From assembly GCA_008690995.1 (NCBI GenBank), contig VRMN01000004.1, positions 1,674,001-1,738,000 of the forward strand: DNA of 64,000 nt. The letters are read 5' to 3'. Every line of letters starts with the position of its first letter. Position 1 is the first letter of the stretch. The notes beneath the pieces were generated by a model. It saw only the letters and a program-made list of their open reading frames with translations, did not search any database and was not told where the DNA came from. This document shows, one piece after another, positions 9,996-22,049 of the stretch. A program made the position numbers and the translations under genes. This stretch comes from Porphyridium purpureum (taxonomy: Eukaryota).

Positions 9996-12218
9996 ATGCC
10001 CAAGGAGGTACGGCCGGAGCGGCGATCGCGCCGCACTGGGAAGGAGCCGTCTAATGGAACGGCATCGTCTCTTGCCGCAAGCATGGGCGGCAGTAGTTCG
10101 AAAGGCGGCTCGTCGTCTGGCGCATCGTCGTCGTCGGGCAGCGTCTTGTCGTCGTGGCTGTTTTTCTGGTCGGCCGCGCTCATGACGTTCAGTATCGTGC
10201 AGCTGCGCTCACCGTCGACCGCTAATCTCGCAGCGCCGGCCTCCACCACCATGACGACCTCGTCGCGCGTGGCAGAGTTGGGCGAAGGGTACGAAGGGTA
10301 CGGCGACTACTCGGCGCGCGTGAATGACTTTTCGATGGAGATCTTCTCTGCACCGAAGCCATTTGTGGGCGAGGACAAGGAGAATAACATTCGCGCCATC
10401 CGCTCGTGGCTCAGCCTAAAGCCGCAGCCGCGTGTGACGCTTCTAGGTTTCGAGACCGGCTACGACGAAGCGGCCAAGGAGTTTGGCATCAATATTGAAA
10501 AGCGCGTGGACAAGAACTTTCTCGGCGTGCCGCTCTTCAACTCGATGGTGATGCGCGCGAACAACTCCAAGGCGCTGGTCACAGTCATCATCAATGGTGA
10601 CATTTTGTTGTTTGACGATTTCATCCAAACGCTGCACAAGGTGATCTCGAACTTTCGCGACTTTCTGATTGTCGCCGCGCGTTATGACATTGATGCGCTG
10701 CCGAGCGACGTCAAGGAGGGCGACGCCAATTATTTGCGCCGCGTACGCGAGCATGTGCTGAGCACCGGTACACTGCACACGTACGGAGGCATGGACGTGT
10801 GGGCGTGGAACACGGACGGACCGCGCCTGTTTGATCCCGTGATGCCCCACTTTGTGTTTGGTCGCGGCAAGTACGATAATTGGCTCACGCACGAGACAAT
10901 CACCGCGGGGCGTCGGCAGGTGATTGACGTGTCAGAAACGTGCCTCACGGTGCACGTGAAGCATGACTACCACCTGGTGGCCGGGAACGACGCGGCAGCG
11001 GGCAAGCGTCGTCTGCTCGGTCAGTTCTGGTCTGAGGGCAAGAAGTCCAAGTTTGAGCTGTTTATCAATATTTTCCTGTCCTTGAACGTGGGCTCGTACA
11101 CCAACCAAATGGGAAACGTGCTGTTTGCGCCTTGGAAACTGTCGCTGTGTCTGGAGCCGTCGGGCATGTGCTTGCTGAAGCGCAAGCGGCCTGGCATCTG
11201 CAACTGCGAGTTTAGCTCCTTTGTTAGCAAGACACAGACGGACCCCGTGGTCAAGAATGGCTCGCGCGTGATTCGATGCGGAATGATCTCAGTGGAGACC
11301 AAGGACGACTTTACGATTCCGGTGTTGCCGCCGGAGGGCAGCTCGGAGCCGCCGCCGTTTGGTCTGCCGCTCACGCTCGAGTCGGTGCTCGAGCGGCAGG
11401 CGCAGGACAATACCATCATTCTTACGGCGCTCAACTTTGGCTACCGCTTCATCATGATGAACTGGGTCTGCAACATGCGCCACCTCAACATTTACAACTA
11501 TGTGGTCGCGGCGCTCGATCCTGACCTGTACAAATATGCGTACACGCGCGGGCTTGCGTCGTACTATGAGACGACCATCTTCGAAGGACTGAACAGCTCG
11601 TTGCTGGCCGACGCCACGTACGGCTCGGATTCGTTCAAGCAGCTCACGAAGATGAAGTCGCGCGTGGTGCTCCGCCTGCTCAAGCTGGGCGTGAACGTGG
11701 TTTGGACGGATTGCGATATTATTTGGTTCAAGAACCCGCTGGAGCACATGAAGTCGCACCAGGCCGACCTCATTATCCAGACCAATGCACCGGACGACGA
11801 ACCCATGAACGGAAAGCGCCGCATTAACTCGGGCTTTTACCTCGCAAGAAGCAACCCGCCCACCATCCAGGCGTTTGAGGACATTATCAAGTTTGCTGCG
11901 CGAAGCCGCATGTCGGAACAGCCGTGCTTCTACGATGTCATGTGCGGCAAGAACAGCGAGACTGCGATTGGTGATAACCGCTGTGCTTACAATGGCATGA
12001 CCGTCGAGCTCCTGGATCGGCACTTGTACCCGAACGGGATTACCGACAAGATTTGGGAGACGGACCCGGGGCAGATCCCGTACAAGTTTCCGCATCTGTA
12101 CATTCTGCACAACAACTGGGTGAAAGGAGCGGACGGCAAGCAGGAGCGCTTTGAGAAGCATGGCTTTATTCTGTTCGACCAGAATGACGAGCTGTGCATG
12201 TACCCGACAAACTGGTGA
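9996..12218 (+). CDS. Nucleotide-diphospho-sugar transferase (GT77), RAY1-like type II membrane glycosyltransferase
   Basis: N-terminal TM helix. IFSAPKPF..AIRSWL..FLGVPLFNSM, GKYDNWL. C-terminal GT77 domain: NWVCN, KMKSRVVLRLLKLGVNVVWTDCD, INSGFY, SEQPCFYD, HNNWV. Confidence 0.85.
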   Translation: MPKEVRPERRSRRTGKEPSNGTASSLAASMGGSSSKGGSSSGASSSSGSVLSSWLFFWSAALMTFSIVQLRSPSTANLAAPASTTMTTSSRVAELGEGYEGYGDYSARVNDFSMEIFSAPKPFVGEDKENNIRAIRSWLSLKPQPRVTLLGFETGYDEAAKEFGINIEKRVDKNFLGVPLFNSMVMRANNSKALVTVIINGDILLFDDFIQTLHKVISNFRDFLIVAARYDIDALPSDVKEGDANYLRRVREHVLSTGTLHTYGGMDVWAWNTDGPRLFDPVMPHFVFGRGKYDNWLTHETITAGRRQVIDVSETCLTVHVKHDYHLVAGNDAAAGKRRLLGQFWSEGKKSKFELFINIFLSLNVGSYTNQMGNVLFAPWKLSLCLEPSGMCLLKRKRPGICNCEFSSFVSKTQTDPVVKNGSRVIRCGMISVETKDDFTIPVLPPEGSSEPPPFGLPLTLESVLERQAQDNTIILTALNFGYRFIMMNWVCNMRHLNIYNYVVAALDPDLYKYAYTRGLASYYETTIFEGLNSSLLADATYGSDSFKQLTKMKSRVVLRLLKLGVNVVWTDCDIIWFKNPLEHMKSHQADLIIQTNAPDDEPMNGKRRINSGFYLARSNPPTIQAFEDIIKFAARSRMSEQPCFYDVMCGKNSETAIGDNRCAYNGMTVELLDRHLYPNGITDKIWETDPGQIPYKFPHLYILHNNWVKGADGKQERFEKHGFILFDQNDELCMYPTNW

Positions 12219-12299
12219 GGAAGCATCACGCATGTGGGATAGTTGATTTCCTTCTGTTTTATTCCTTCGAGAGAGGCCAATCTGTCCTGATAGTAAAGC

Positions 12300-12990
12300 A
12301 AGCATAGGTAAAATGATGAGACGAGTGCTGCGCTTGCTGTTCACAAGATTCCCGAACCTCCAACACATAGGAGCGGCTCACGGGGCTTCAAAAGATGACC
12401 GGAAAGTTTACACTTCGGTCTGCTGGGTAACAGCCCTCCAGCTCTCTTACGTTGTAGAGCTTGACGAGTAAGATGGTGCCGTCGCCTTTACCGTCATGTT
12501 CGAGGCCTGGACGAAAAGCTGCAGAGATGGACAACCAGATGCGCCGCGCTTCAAAGATTTGCAAGATAATGGTGTTGGCGCTGTTAACGTCGTGGTCGGC
12601 GACTGCACCCGCAGGCTGCGGAGCCGCACTAGTGCATTTCAGCACGGAGGAGGTGTGTCCTCGCTATTCCGGCAGGCGCTGCAGGTCTTGACGCGTACGC
12701 TTTTGTGGCAACCATCAGCTTGGAACGCCAATATCTCGCCTCGATAGTCAGTCGCCTCGTAGCAGTGATGGCTTGAGCATGCCCTTGAACTGAATGCTGC
12801 GGCCACTGCAGCGAGCCAAGTTGGCTGCGTCAAGTGTAGGCAGCTGCACGACGTCGCACGACCGCGCGAGGAACGCGGCCAGCTGCTCGCCAGGTTGCAC
12901 CTGCACCTGCACCTGCACCTGCGTGCATGCTCTGCGGTGCTCTGCGGTGTGGCCCGACAAGACACAACGCAGAGCGCCATTTCGCATTGT
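12300..12990 (-). pseudogene. Decayed MCM-binding protein (MCMBP-like) N-terminal fragment (tentative)
   Basis: Frameshifted peptides in MCMBP order: VQLPTLDAANL..RSIQFKGML (cf. VPSLN..LVRFRGMIQD), IFEARRIWLSISAAFRPG (cf. ERxxxYCVPVPG), ILLVKLYN..SVNFPVIF (cf. CLVKVY..FxGIL). Confidence 0.45.
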
Positions 12991-13599
12991 TCGGCCGGTG
13001 GATCCACTTGAGACGTCAGCTCATGCAGGTACACGCATCGCCGGAGCGCGCGGGGCTCTGGCCCGAGCCGAACAGCGTCTGACACGTGCGGCGCACGTGT
13101 GGGTGGCGTGACACAATTCACAGGCACGCGGGCAGCTGTGCTCTCTTTGTGTGCCTCATGCACACGCCGTTGCTGCCGCAGGCGCCGCAAGAGATCTGTC
13201 GTGCTCGGGTATTGTTTTGTTCTTCTCACATACCGCTCATGCCCTGTCCACAACGGGGCACCTTTCACGAGTCACGCCGTGCCGGCCTCCTGCGTAACCG
13301 GTTTGGCTCAAACCGTGTGAAAGGTTTCAACCGTTTCACCCGCACTTCATATGCGTTGCGCGCGAGCTGCGCTCGATCGTCGTGGCTCACTGTACCGCGC
13401 GCAGCTGACACCAGAGCACCGCGCTTACCCGGCGCCTTACTTTATTCTGCGGCGGCGTGCCACGCAAGCAGACGTGTCAGCAGTATCGCGCGATGCGCGG
13501 GCGTATCTCGCGATTGTCATCGATCCGCGGCGCCGCATGTGCCAACATGGAAGCAAAGACGGGTCAGCACGTAGAACTGACACCGCACCAACACAATGA

Positions 13600-16500
13600 A
13601 AAAACAGCTTGCAAGCGAGTCAGCCACAGCGATGCGACGAATCCAAGACACTAGGCGGATGTGACTGAAGTGCTTGCACAAAAGTAACCAAGCTCAGTGC
13701 GAAAATAATAAACTCGGCATTTCGGTTGATGTGACACGTGTCGGCTCGCCAACGCGTGGGAAAGTGGAAGGACGGCGGAAGTATCGCTCGTTGCATCCGC
13801 GTAGGCTTCGACCTTGTGGTGGTTGCGTGTGACAAATAGGAGCACGCACGGCTTTCGTATTGGTGGTGCGCCATAATGTGGGGCTGTGCGCGAAGCAATC
13901 GAGTGGGCATCAGCCGAGCACAAAGGCGAAGTGCAATGATATGGCGTGTGTGTATGATTTCTGTCGTGCAAAAGTGGGCTGGAACGATATTGTGAGGTGT
14001 GCCGTGCGCTCCGGTTCGTGTTGTGGCGCGACGCAGAGCGTACGAGCGTTGCATGCTGTCGGCTTTGCATATTTGCTTTGCTGGCCGGCACGGGTCGGAT
14101 TTCCTTCGAAGTATCCGCCGCGGTCTACTGGAGTATCGCAATGTAAGGCTGGTGAACTTTCTCCGACCAGCACTCACTTTTCGATATAAGCACGACCCGC
14201 CACGGGATGGCTGGGACATAGAAAGTTTGGGCAAGTGTTAAGTATCAGGGATTCCCAGCGGACATTAGTTGACCGCAGGATCGTAGTGAGCCACAGCCTG
14301 GTAGCAACAGGATAGGAAGAACTCTCCAGCAAGCCGAGGTCACGTGCGGAGCTTATGGTCGAGCGGGCACGTTCGGAGAATTGAATGCGATACGCGCCGC
14401 AGCTGCAACACCTGCAGCAGCAGCAAGAGGAGGAGGATACGCAGCTGGTGCAGGACGACAATCTGCTTTCGGACGTCACAGCGTGCTCGCCGGTCAGCTG
14501 CGCGCGATTTGCGCGCAGCTTGTCGAGGCCGTGCCCAACATTGGGGCCGCCGCCCGAGCAGATATCCAACCCGTCGACCAGTCCAGTGACCAGCCCGAGA
14601 CGACACGTGGCACCCACCTCGCCGCGTATCCCGTTCAGTAGCAAGCGATTTCCGAAGCGGACAGGGCGCGCGAGGAACATGGATACGGCACGTTTGGGAA
14701 ACTTCCGCAACTGGCACCACGCACCAGAGCGGGTTCCAACAATTGGCACGGTGATTTGCTTGCCAGAGTAGGCAAGTCAGGACGAAGTAGCGGCAGGTCT
14801 ATGTGATGCTACGTATCTTCGCAGTGTATGTATCAAGTAAATCAGTCTACACGTCTCTTGCTTGCGGCGTGACACAATTATCGGACGACCCAGGCGCGAG
14901 CGAGCACGGAAGAAGTGATTACAGCGGCGAACCACCCACTCGCTCACCCGGTAGCTCGTTGCCATGGAAGATCAAGCGCGGCCAACCGATGACCAGGGTT
15001 ACACGTGAGAGCGATCCTCCTCCCGCCCGCATACCGATCCGCACGCGCAACGATGGAATTTCAAAAGGCGACGAGGCGGTCACTCGGCGCGGAAGGGGTT
15101 TACACTCGTGGTGATTTCCGCAGAATGTGCCGCCAGCTGACAGCCGTGTCGAGGCGACTCGCGCAAAGCAGCAAAGCCGGCAGCGCGTGGGAAACAGCAA
15201 CGACAGTCGCCGACATCTGGTTTTGCTGTTGTTGCACGCGATGTTGCGACTGCGCGACACGGCGCACTTGCGCCGGGTGCACAATAGAAATCACGCCAGC
15301 GACTGTTCCGCTGCGGTCTGAAGGCCGCAATAGCTCTGTCGGTCCCCACCTTTCGTGTCGCGTGCTTTGCTCGCTGCATTTGGCTGTGGGCGACCGGCAA
15401 AATGCGTCGAAGCCAGAACTTCAGAGTGTGGGGGGTTCTAACGAGGCGCAGTATAAGAAGGCGAAGTTTGGTTCGAAGATGGCGCTGGTGTGTCTGTTCC
15501 TGTGACTCCCGAATCCGTCGTCGCAAAAGTGGCTTGAACAGAAGCACGCGTTGGAAAGATTTGACCGAGAGGCGCCCAGGGGGCTACACCACAGTGCTCG
15601 AACACTTCGATGATGACCAGTCGAGCTGGGCCGTCAGAGGACAACTCGCAGCCGGCCAAGAAAGAGCGAAAGGTACGACGAGAGTCCGAGGGACGACCAA
15701 GTGAAGAGGAGCTCAAGCTCGATTTGTTCCGGGCCGATTCGGAACACGTCCTGCAAGACCAATGTCAGTGCAGAGCACCTAGTTCACCGCCCAGCCCGCA
15801 GAACGGCTCGAGGCACAGGACCGAGAGGGAAGGGCGCCCGAGACAGCGCGCCACAGCGCACTCCAGAAGGCACCGCAACTGGCACCGCGCACCAGAGCGG
15901 AGTCCAGCAATTGGCACGGTGCTCTGCTTGCCTGAGTAGACAAGTCGGGACGAAGAAGCGGCGGGATATGTGATGCTCCATGTCTTAGTAGTGTGTATAT
16001 CAAGTGGACCAGACAATATCTCGCTGCTTTATAAATTCTTGGAAGGGCGTATGAGATCACGTGCACCCCTGTGCACTTTGTTCTGACTAGGTAGGCCCAA
16101 TGAATGAAAGACTCGGTAGCTTCCACATGAACACCTTCTTTACTCCACATCTCTGAAGAGCCTGTACTTGTAAGCTGGGTCCTAAATCGTTCGCAGCTTC
16201 CGTGCTGCTCCGCATTGTACATCACGCCTTGCGGTCTAAGAGCAGCATAGCCGCCACGGTCCAAGATGTCGCCTGACCACTTCCTTCGACCTTGAATTCG
16301 TCCACAAGCATTGTGGACGGCTGTGCACTTCCAAACCGTGCTGCCGGCACCACCCTGCGGCTCCTTACGTCGCGCTGCAGTGCCATGCTTACACTGGACA
16401 CCCGGTCGTCGGGTGTACACTGTACCGCGAGTACAGTGCGGCCGGTGTCCACTCGCCAGCGGTATTCAGTGGGCGGACAAGGCCGAAACCCATGTGACTT

Positions 16501-19500
16501 CCGCGGAATTTGCACAACCATGCGGTCGCATCTCAGCATCAAGAAAGTGGTTACACGTGCGGCTCAGCTCCTCCGATGACCTCCTCCACTTGGCAAAGTG
16601 CCACGCAACGCGAAGCGCGCGCAGTCGATGACCACGACTAGACGCGTCGCTTATCCGCCCACCAGTACGGCGACGCGCACCACAAAGATGGCCTTTCAGA
16701 AGGCGAAGCGCCAGTCGCTCGGTGCGGAGGGGTCTCCAACGTGGTGATTCCGTCGGATTGCGTTTCCTGCGAGTACCCGTGTCAACGCAACCCGCGCGGA
16801 TCCGCGAGACCGGCAGATCTTTGTGAAAATCAAGGACGCTGAAGGAAATCGGGTTGCTTCTTTATTGCGCGCAGCGTCGCGGTGACGCGACACGGCCTGC
16901 TTGCGCGGGGCGCACAATGGAAATCAAGCCACTGATGTTTCCGCGGTGTACCCAAAGGCGAGGAAAGGCCGCGGGTGACTTTTTCACCACACATGTGTTA
17001 GCACCATCAGCTGCGTTTGACTATGATGGTGGGCAGACTCGCGCTAGCCAGAACTTCAGAGTGTGGGCGGTTCTAACGAGGCGCAGTATAAGAGCGAGAA
17101 GTTTTGTTCGAAGACGGCGCTGGTGTGTCTGTTCTTGTTCCTCCCGCATTCGTCGTCCAAGCAGTGGCTTGAACTGAAGCACGCGTTGGAAAGTTTTGAC
17201 CAAGAGGCGCCCAGGGGCTACACAAAAGTGCTCGACCACATAGATGATGACCGGTCGAGCTGGGCCTGCAGAGGACAACTCGCAGCAGGACAAGTCGCAG
17301 CCGCACAAGAAACAGCGAAAGGTACGACAAGAATCCGAGGGACAACCAAGGGACGAAGAACCCAAGCTCGATTTGTTCCGGGCCAATTCGGAACACGTGC
17401 TGCGAGACCAGTCTCAGTGCAGAGCACCTAGTTCACCGCCCAGCCCGCAGACCAGCTCGAGTCACATTACCGAGAGACATGGGCGCCCGAGAGAGCGAGC
17501 CACAGCGCACTCCAGAAGCCACCGGAACTGGCACCACGCACCAGAGCGGAGTCCAACAATTGGCACGGTGCTTTGCTTGCCAGAGTAGACAAGCCAGGAC
17601 AAAGTAGCGGCAGGTCTATGTGATGCTACATAGCTTCGCAGTGTGTGTATCACATAAATCAGTCTACACGCCTCTGTCTTGCGGCGTGACACAATTATCG
17701 GACGACCCAGGCGCGAGCGAGCACGGAAGAAGTGATTACAGCGGCGAACCACCCACTCGCTCACCCGGTAGCTCGTTGCCATGGAAGATCAAGCGCGGCC
17801 AACCGATGACCAGGGTTACACGTGAGAGCGATCCTCCTCCAGCCCGCATACCGATCCACATCCGCAGAGATCGCTCCCCACAAAGCGACGAGGCAGTCAC
17901 CCGGCGCGGAAGGGGTTTACACTCGTGGTGATTTCCGCAGAATGTGCCGCCAGCTGACAGCCGTGTCGAGGCGACTCGCGCAAAGCAGCAAAGCCGGCAG
18001 CGCGTGGGAAACAGCAACGACAGTCGCCGACATCTGGTTTTGCTTTTGTTGCACGCGGTGTTGCGACTGCGCGACACGGCGCACTTGCGCCGGGTGTACA
18101 ATAGAAATCACGCCAGCGACTGTTCCGCTGCGGCCTGAAGGCCGCAATAGCTCTGTCGGTCCCCACCTTTCGTGTCGCATACTTTGCACGCTGCATTTGG
18201 CTGCGGGCGACCGGTAAAATGCGCCGAAGCCAGAACCTCAGAGTGTGGAGGGTCCAAAGAGGCGCAGTATAAGAACGCGAAGTTTGGTTCGAAGATAGCG
18301 ATAATGTGTCTGGTCCTGTTCCTCCCGCATTCGTTGTCGCAAGAGTGGCTTGACCAGAAGCACACGTTGGAAAGATTTGACCGAGAGGCGCCCAGGGGGC
18401 TACACCACAGTGCTCGAACACTTCGATGATGACCAGTCGAGCTGGGCCGTCAGAGGACATTTCGCAGCCGGCCAAGAAAGAGCGAAAGGTACGACGAGAG
18501 TCCGAGGCACGACCAAGTGAAGAAGAACTCAAGCTCGATTTGTTCCGGGGCGATTCGGAACACGTGCTGCATGACCAATGTCAGTGCAGAGCACCTAGTT
18601 CACCGCCCAGCCCGCAGACCAGCTCGAGGCACAGGACCGAGAGAGAAGGGCGCCCGAGACAGCGCGCCACTGCGCACTCCAGAAGGCACCGCAACTGGCA
18701 CCACGCACCAGAGCGGATTCCAACAATCAGCACGGTGCTTTGCTTGCCAGAGTAGACAAGCCAGGACGAAGCAGCAGTGGGTCTCAGTGAATACCGAATA
18801 TCTTCGAACGCAGCAGCGTACATATCAAATAAACCATGCAATGTCTCGCTACGTGATGAATTTGCGCAAATGCCGGCCGCGAGCGAGCACCGAAACCGAG
18901 GTTAAAGCTGTGATCAACTCCGATCACCCGTCCGGCAGGCAAATTGCCACGCAGGATCAGGCGCGGCCAACCGATGACGAGGTTTACACGCGAGAGCGAT
19001 CCTCCTCCAGCCAGCATGGCGACCCGCACCCGCAACAACGGCTTTTCGAAAAGCTAAGTGCCAGTCACCCGGCGCGTGGCGGTTCACCACGTGGTGAGTC
19101 CTTCCGATTGCGTGGCCGGCTGACGGCCATGGCAAGGCGACTCGCGCGGGTCACCAAAGCCGGCAGCTCGTCGAAAGCATGGACGACGTTGAAAGAAATC
19201 TGGTTGGATTCTTGGTGGACGGGGCGCCGCCCTGGCGCGACACAGCTTGCTTGCGCCGGGTGCATGTCGGCGATCCTACCCAACGAGTTTTCAGTTGTGA
19301 ATCCAAGGGCCAAAATCGCTGTGTGTGTCCGTCTCACCTCACGTTTCGCGTGCTTTATGAGCTGCCTTTGACTGCGGGTGGGTGGCCAGATGCCGTGAAG
19401 TCAGAAGCTCCGAATGTCAGTATTCCTCCGACCTGCAGTATAAGAACGCGAAGCTTGGTTCGAAGACGCCGCATGTGTGAGCACGCTTGTTACCTCCCTC

Positions 19501-20200
19501 ATTCGGCATCTGGGCAGTGGCTTGAAGAGAAGCACGCGGTCAAAAGATTGAACCCACAGGCGCCGAGGGGCCGAAGCAAAAGCGCCCGAATATTTAGATG
19601 ATGGTCAGTCAAGCTGGCCCTGCGGAGGACAAGTCGCAGCAGGATACGAAAGAGCAAGAGATACGGCTCGCGTCTGATGCACCATCAAGTGAAGAAGATC
19701 TCAAGGTCGATTTGTTCCGCGCCGGGTCAGAACACGTGTTACAAGACCAATATCAGTGCAGGACGCCCAGCTCACCGGCCACCCCGCAGACCAACTCGAC
19801 GCACATCACGGAGAGAGAAGGGCGCCCGAGACAGCGCGCTACAGCGCACTCCCGAAGCAACCGAAACTGGCACCACGCACCGGAGCGGCGTTTTCCGTCC
19901 TGGTCGTCTGTTTGACGCGAATTACAAACTAAGATACCCACTTGAGACGAAGTTCCTTGACGAAAGATACTTTCATTTCCCAGTAAACACGCCAGCTTTG
20001 AAAAAGAAGACCAGCACCCGTCCACCTACTCAACGCGTCTGGTGACAACGTACTCATCGTTCGTGACGCGCCATTCCGAGTCGAATTGGGCCTCTAAGCA
20101 GCAGCAGCAGCTTCCAGTCCTGTGCGGCAGTTCAACGCGCCTCGGGCCACCTGCTCTTACGCACACAGACGCACTCACCGACTTCGGACGGGATCAGGTC
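13600..20200 (+). mobile_element. Tandem array of decayed transposase-like units (Mutator/MULE-like, SWIM finger)
   Basis: Repeated ~1.17 kb units carry broken peptides: PTCSIRTRSLVRRRRMCEHACYL (SWIM-like), GDPTQRVFSCES (cf. the MULE TNNxxE region), EGRPR. No intact ORF. Confidence 0.5.
14708..19890 (+). repeat. Head-to-tail direct repeats; anchor AACTGGCACCACGCACCAGAGCGG at ~14708, 15876, 17525, 18692, 19864
   Basis: Anchor spacings are about 1168, 1649, 1167 and 1172 bp. 14708-15960 and 17525-18780 are close copies at offset ~2817 with long identical tracts. Confidence 0.92.
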
Positions 20201-20553
20201 AATGTACAGCGGTGTTGCTTTTCGGTCGAGCAGGTTGCTCTGGCGCGCCGAGTTTTCAGCGCGGCGCTTCGGGGTGGCGCGACGCGTGCGCTCCGAGGCA
20301 CAACGCAAGTCGCACGCGAAGCGCACCGAGAGCAGGCGCGCAGCGGGAGTGCAGCTTGCGCTCACTCGGAATGACATGGGCGCCGCGCGTATATAATTCT
20401 CCATGTGTTCGTGTGAGCGGTGTCTCGTGGCGCGGTAAACTTGGCGTGGTGTTGCGACACTGGTTGGTGTGGTGTGACAGGAAGGACTGCACGCAACGAA
20501 AGAAGGAACCTAGAACGAGATTGGTCATTGTGAGAAGCAGCAACTGTTAAACA

Positions 20554-21411
20554 ATGATTCCTTCTCGCCGCGGAAGGAACGCGGCGCCGGCAAAGTTTAG
20601 GCCAGTGAACGAGGACCTGGAGAAGCTTTTGGCGCACGTGGGCGCCACGCACGCGCAGCTGTACCAGCTCTACTCAGACCTTCGGCAGCTGGGCCGTTTT
20701 GAGCGCAACGGGTCCAAGCCAGTCACGCCGCTCATGCGCCCAGTACATGCGACGCACGTGACCGGTGAGGCGCTGCGCGAGCTGGAAAACTGCGTCAAGG
20801 ATGAGATTGACCGCCGCGAGTTGAGCCTGGTGCGCGGCGCCGAGACCATTGCGCTCAATCGGCCCTTCCACACAGATGTGCTCCGCAGCATGAAACTGCT
20901 GGATGGCATGGAGGAAAAAATTGACGACCTGCTCAACGCGGACGGTGTGCGCGAGTCGGTGCTGCGCGAGCTGCGCGAGGTGCTGGACATGTGCGAACGT
21001 GCTCAGAACAGCTATTCAAAGTGGCAGGACGCCGAGATGCAGGCAAATGGCGCAGCGGTCGAACTGCGCCAGCTCAAACCAATCGAAGGCGAGGAGGAGG
21101 AACGTGTGAGGCTCTCGCAGGAGCAGGCACGCCAGCAGGACCGCGCCGATCGCGAGGAGCGCCGTGTGCGCGAGTATGCCGACAAGGTCACCAGTATGCA
21201 AGGCCCGCTCGCCAAAAGGTGCGCCGTCGAGTACGTGCGCAGCATCTGGATTGTGGTGCACGCCATGGAGCGTGAGATCCGCGAGGCCAAGGTGCCAATC
21301 GACGATTTCTGTCACCTGCTGCTGGAGCGCGAGCACGAGCGCATTTCCAAGTCGTGGCCCGTGCTCGCAGCCGAACCGCAGCGCAGCACGTCTGAGGTCG
21401 AGCGTGTGTGA
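20554..21411 (+). CDS. Hypothetical coiled-coil (possibly BAR-like) protein, 285 aa
   Basis: Intact ORF with strong GC3 codon bias and heptad-rich, E/R/Q-rich helices. Confidence 0.7.
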   Translation: MIPSRRGRNAAPAKFRPVNEDLEKLLAHVGATHAQLYQLYSDLRQLGRFERNGSKPVTPLMRPVHATHVTGEALRELENCVKDEIDRRELSLVRGAETIALNRPFHTDVLRSMKLLDGMEEKIDDLLNADGVRESVLRELREVLDMCERAQNSYSKWQDAEMQANGAAVELRQLKPIEGEEEERVRLSQEQARQQDRADREERRVREYADKVTSMQGPLAKRCAVEYVRSIWIVVHAMEREIREAKVPIDDFCHLLLEREHERISKSWPVLAAEPQRSTSEVERV

Positions 21412-22049
21412 TCATCCGCAAGCTGCTTGAATTTTGTCCGCACGATGAGAGGCACGTCGACTCCCGTCACTGACGCCCGAAGTCCTGAAGCTTTCGAATG
21501 CTTGTCGAATGAGGTGGGAGAAGCCCAATGTGTCGTCGGCCTCTTGGAGACTGGCCATGTCGAGCTACAGGCCCGGACACCGCAACGTCGCAGAAAAATC
21601 TCTGTGGAAAAGGAAAATAAATAAGCGCTGTGCTTGCTTTGATAAACCTCTGGATCACATGAATCAAGTCGTGCATCCACAGAGGCCGTTTATGAGTCGC
21701 GTGCATGTTGACCTCCACGGCTGCAAAGAAGATAAGCATTTCAAAAACTTTGCATGTCTCTGCACAATCGATGACGGGACATCGTCAATTTGAATGCCGG
21801 CAGAGCCCTTCTACCCATGGCTGCGTGCGAACGAAATTCAGACCGCGACCTGTGCAAGCAGAACAAAGCGCTTTCTGACATATCTGAACCGCAATATCAC
21901 AGCGCTGATGTGTACGTATTGAACGCTCTCTCGTCTTCCGGCCGTCGCACCCTAGCTTTGTCTTACCTGAATGTCGTGCTTGTCGAGGATACCGGACAGC
22001 TGTCCGAGCTGGACCCCTCACTGTATGTTGTTTTCTCTTTGCTGAGTCG

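Noticed and set aside
11289..12368. Long antisense ORFs (also 59133-59993, 8049-8804, 46257-47204)
   Set aside because: They are shadows of GC3-biased genes on the opposite strand with no recognisable motifs.
18517..19371. 284-aa ORF in the repeat array as a functional gene
   Set aside because: It lacks an ATG at the called start, crosses a unit boundary, and equivalent frames in sister units are broken.
14708..19890. CRISPR-like or LTR interpretation of the recurring ~60-bp motif
   Set aside because: The intervening sequences are ~1.1 kb and homologous to one another. No cas, gag, RT or integrase motifs were found. These are tandem units.
21430..22040. Possible P-type ATPase (GRRTLALSY) or PheRS (YFPF) remnant
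   Set aside because: Single short motifs on opposite strands with no collinear support.
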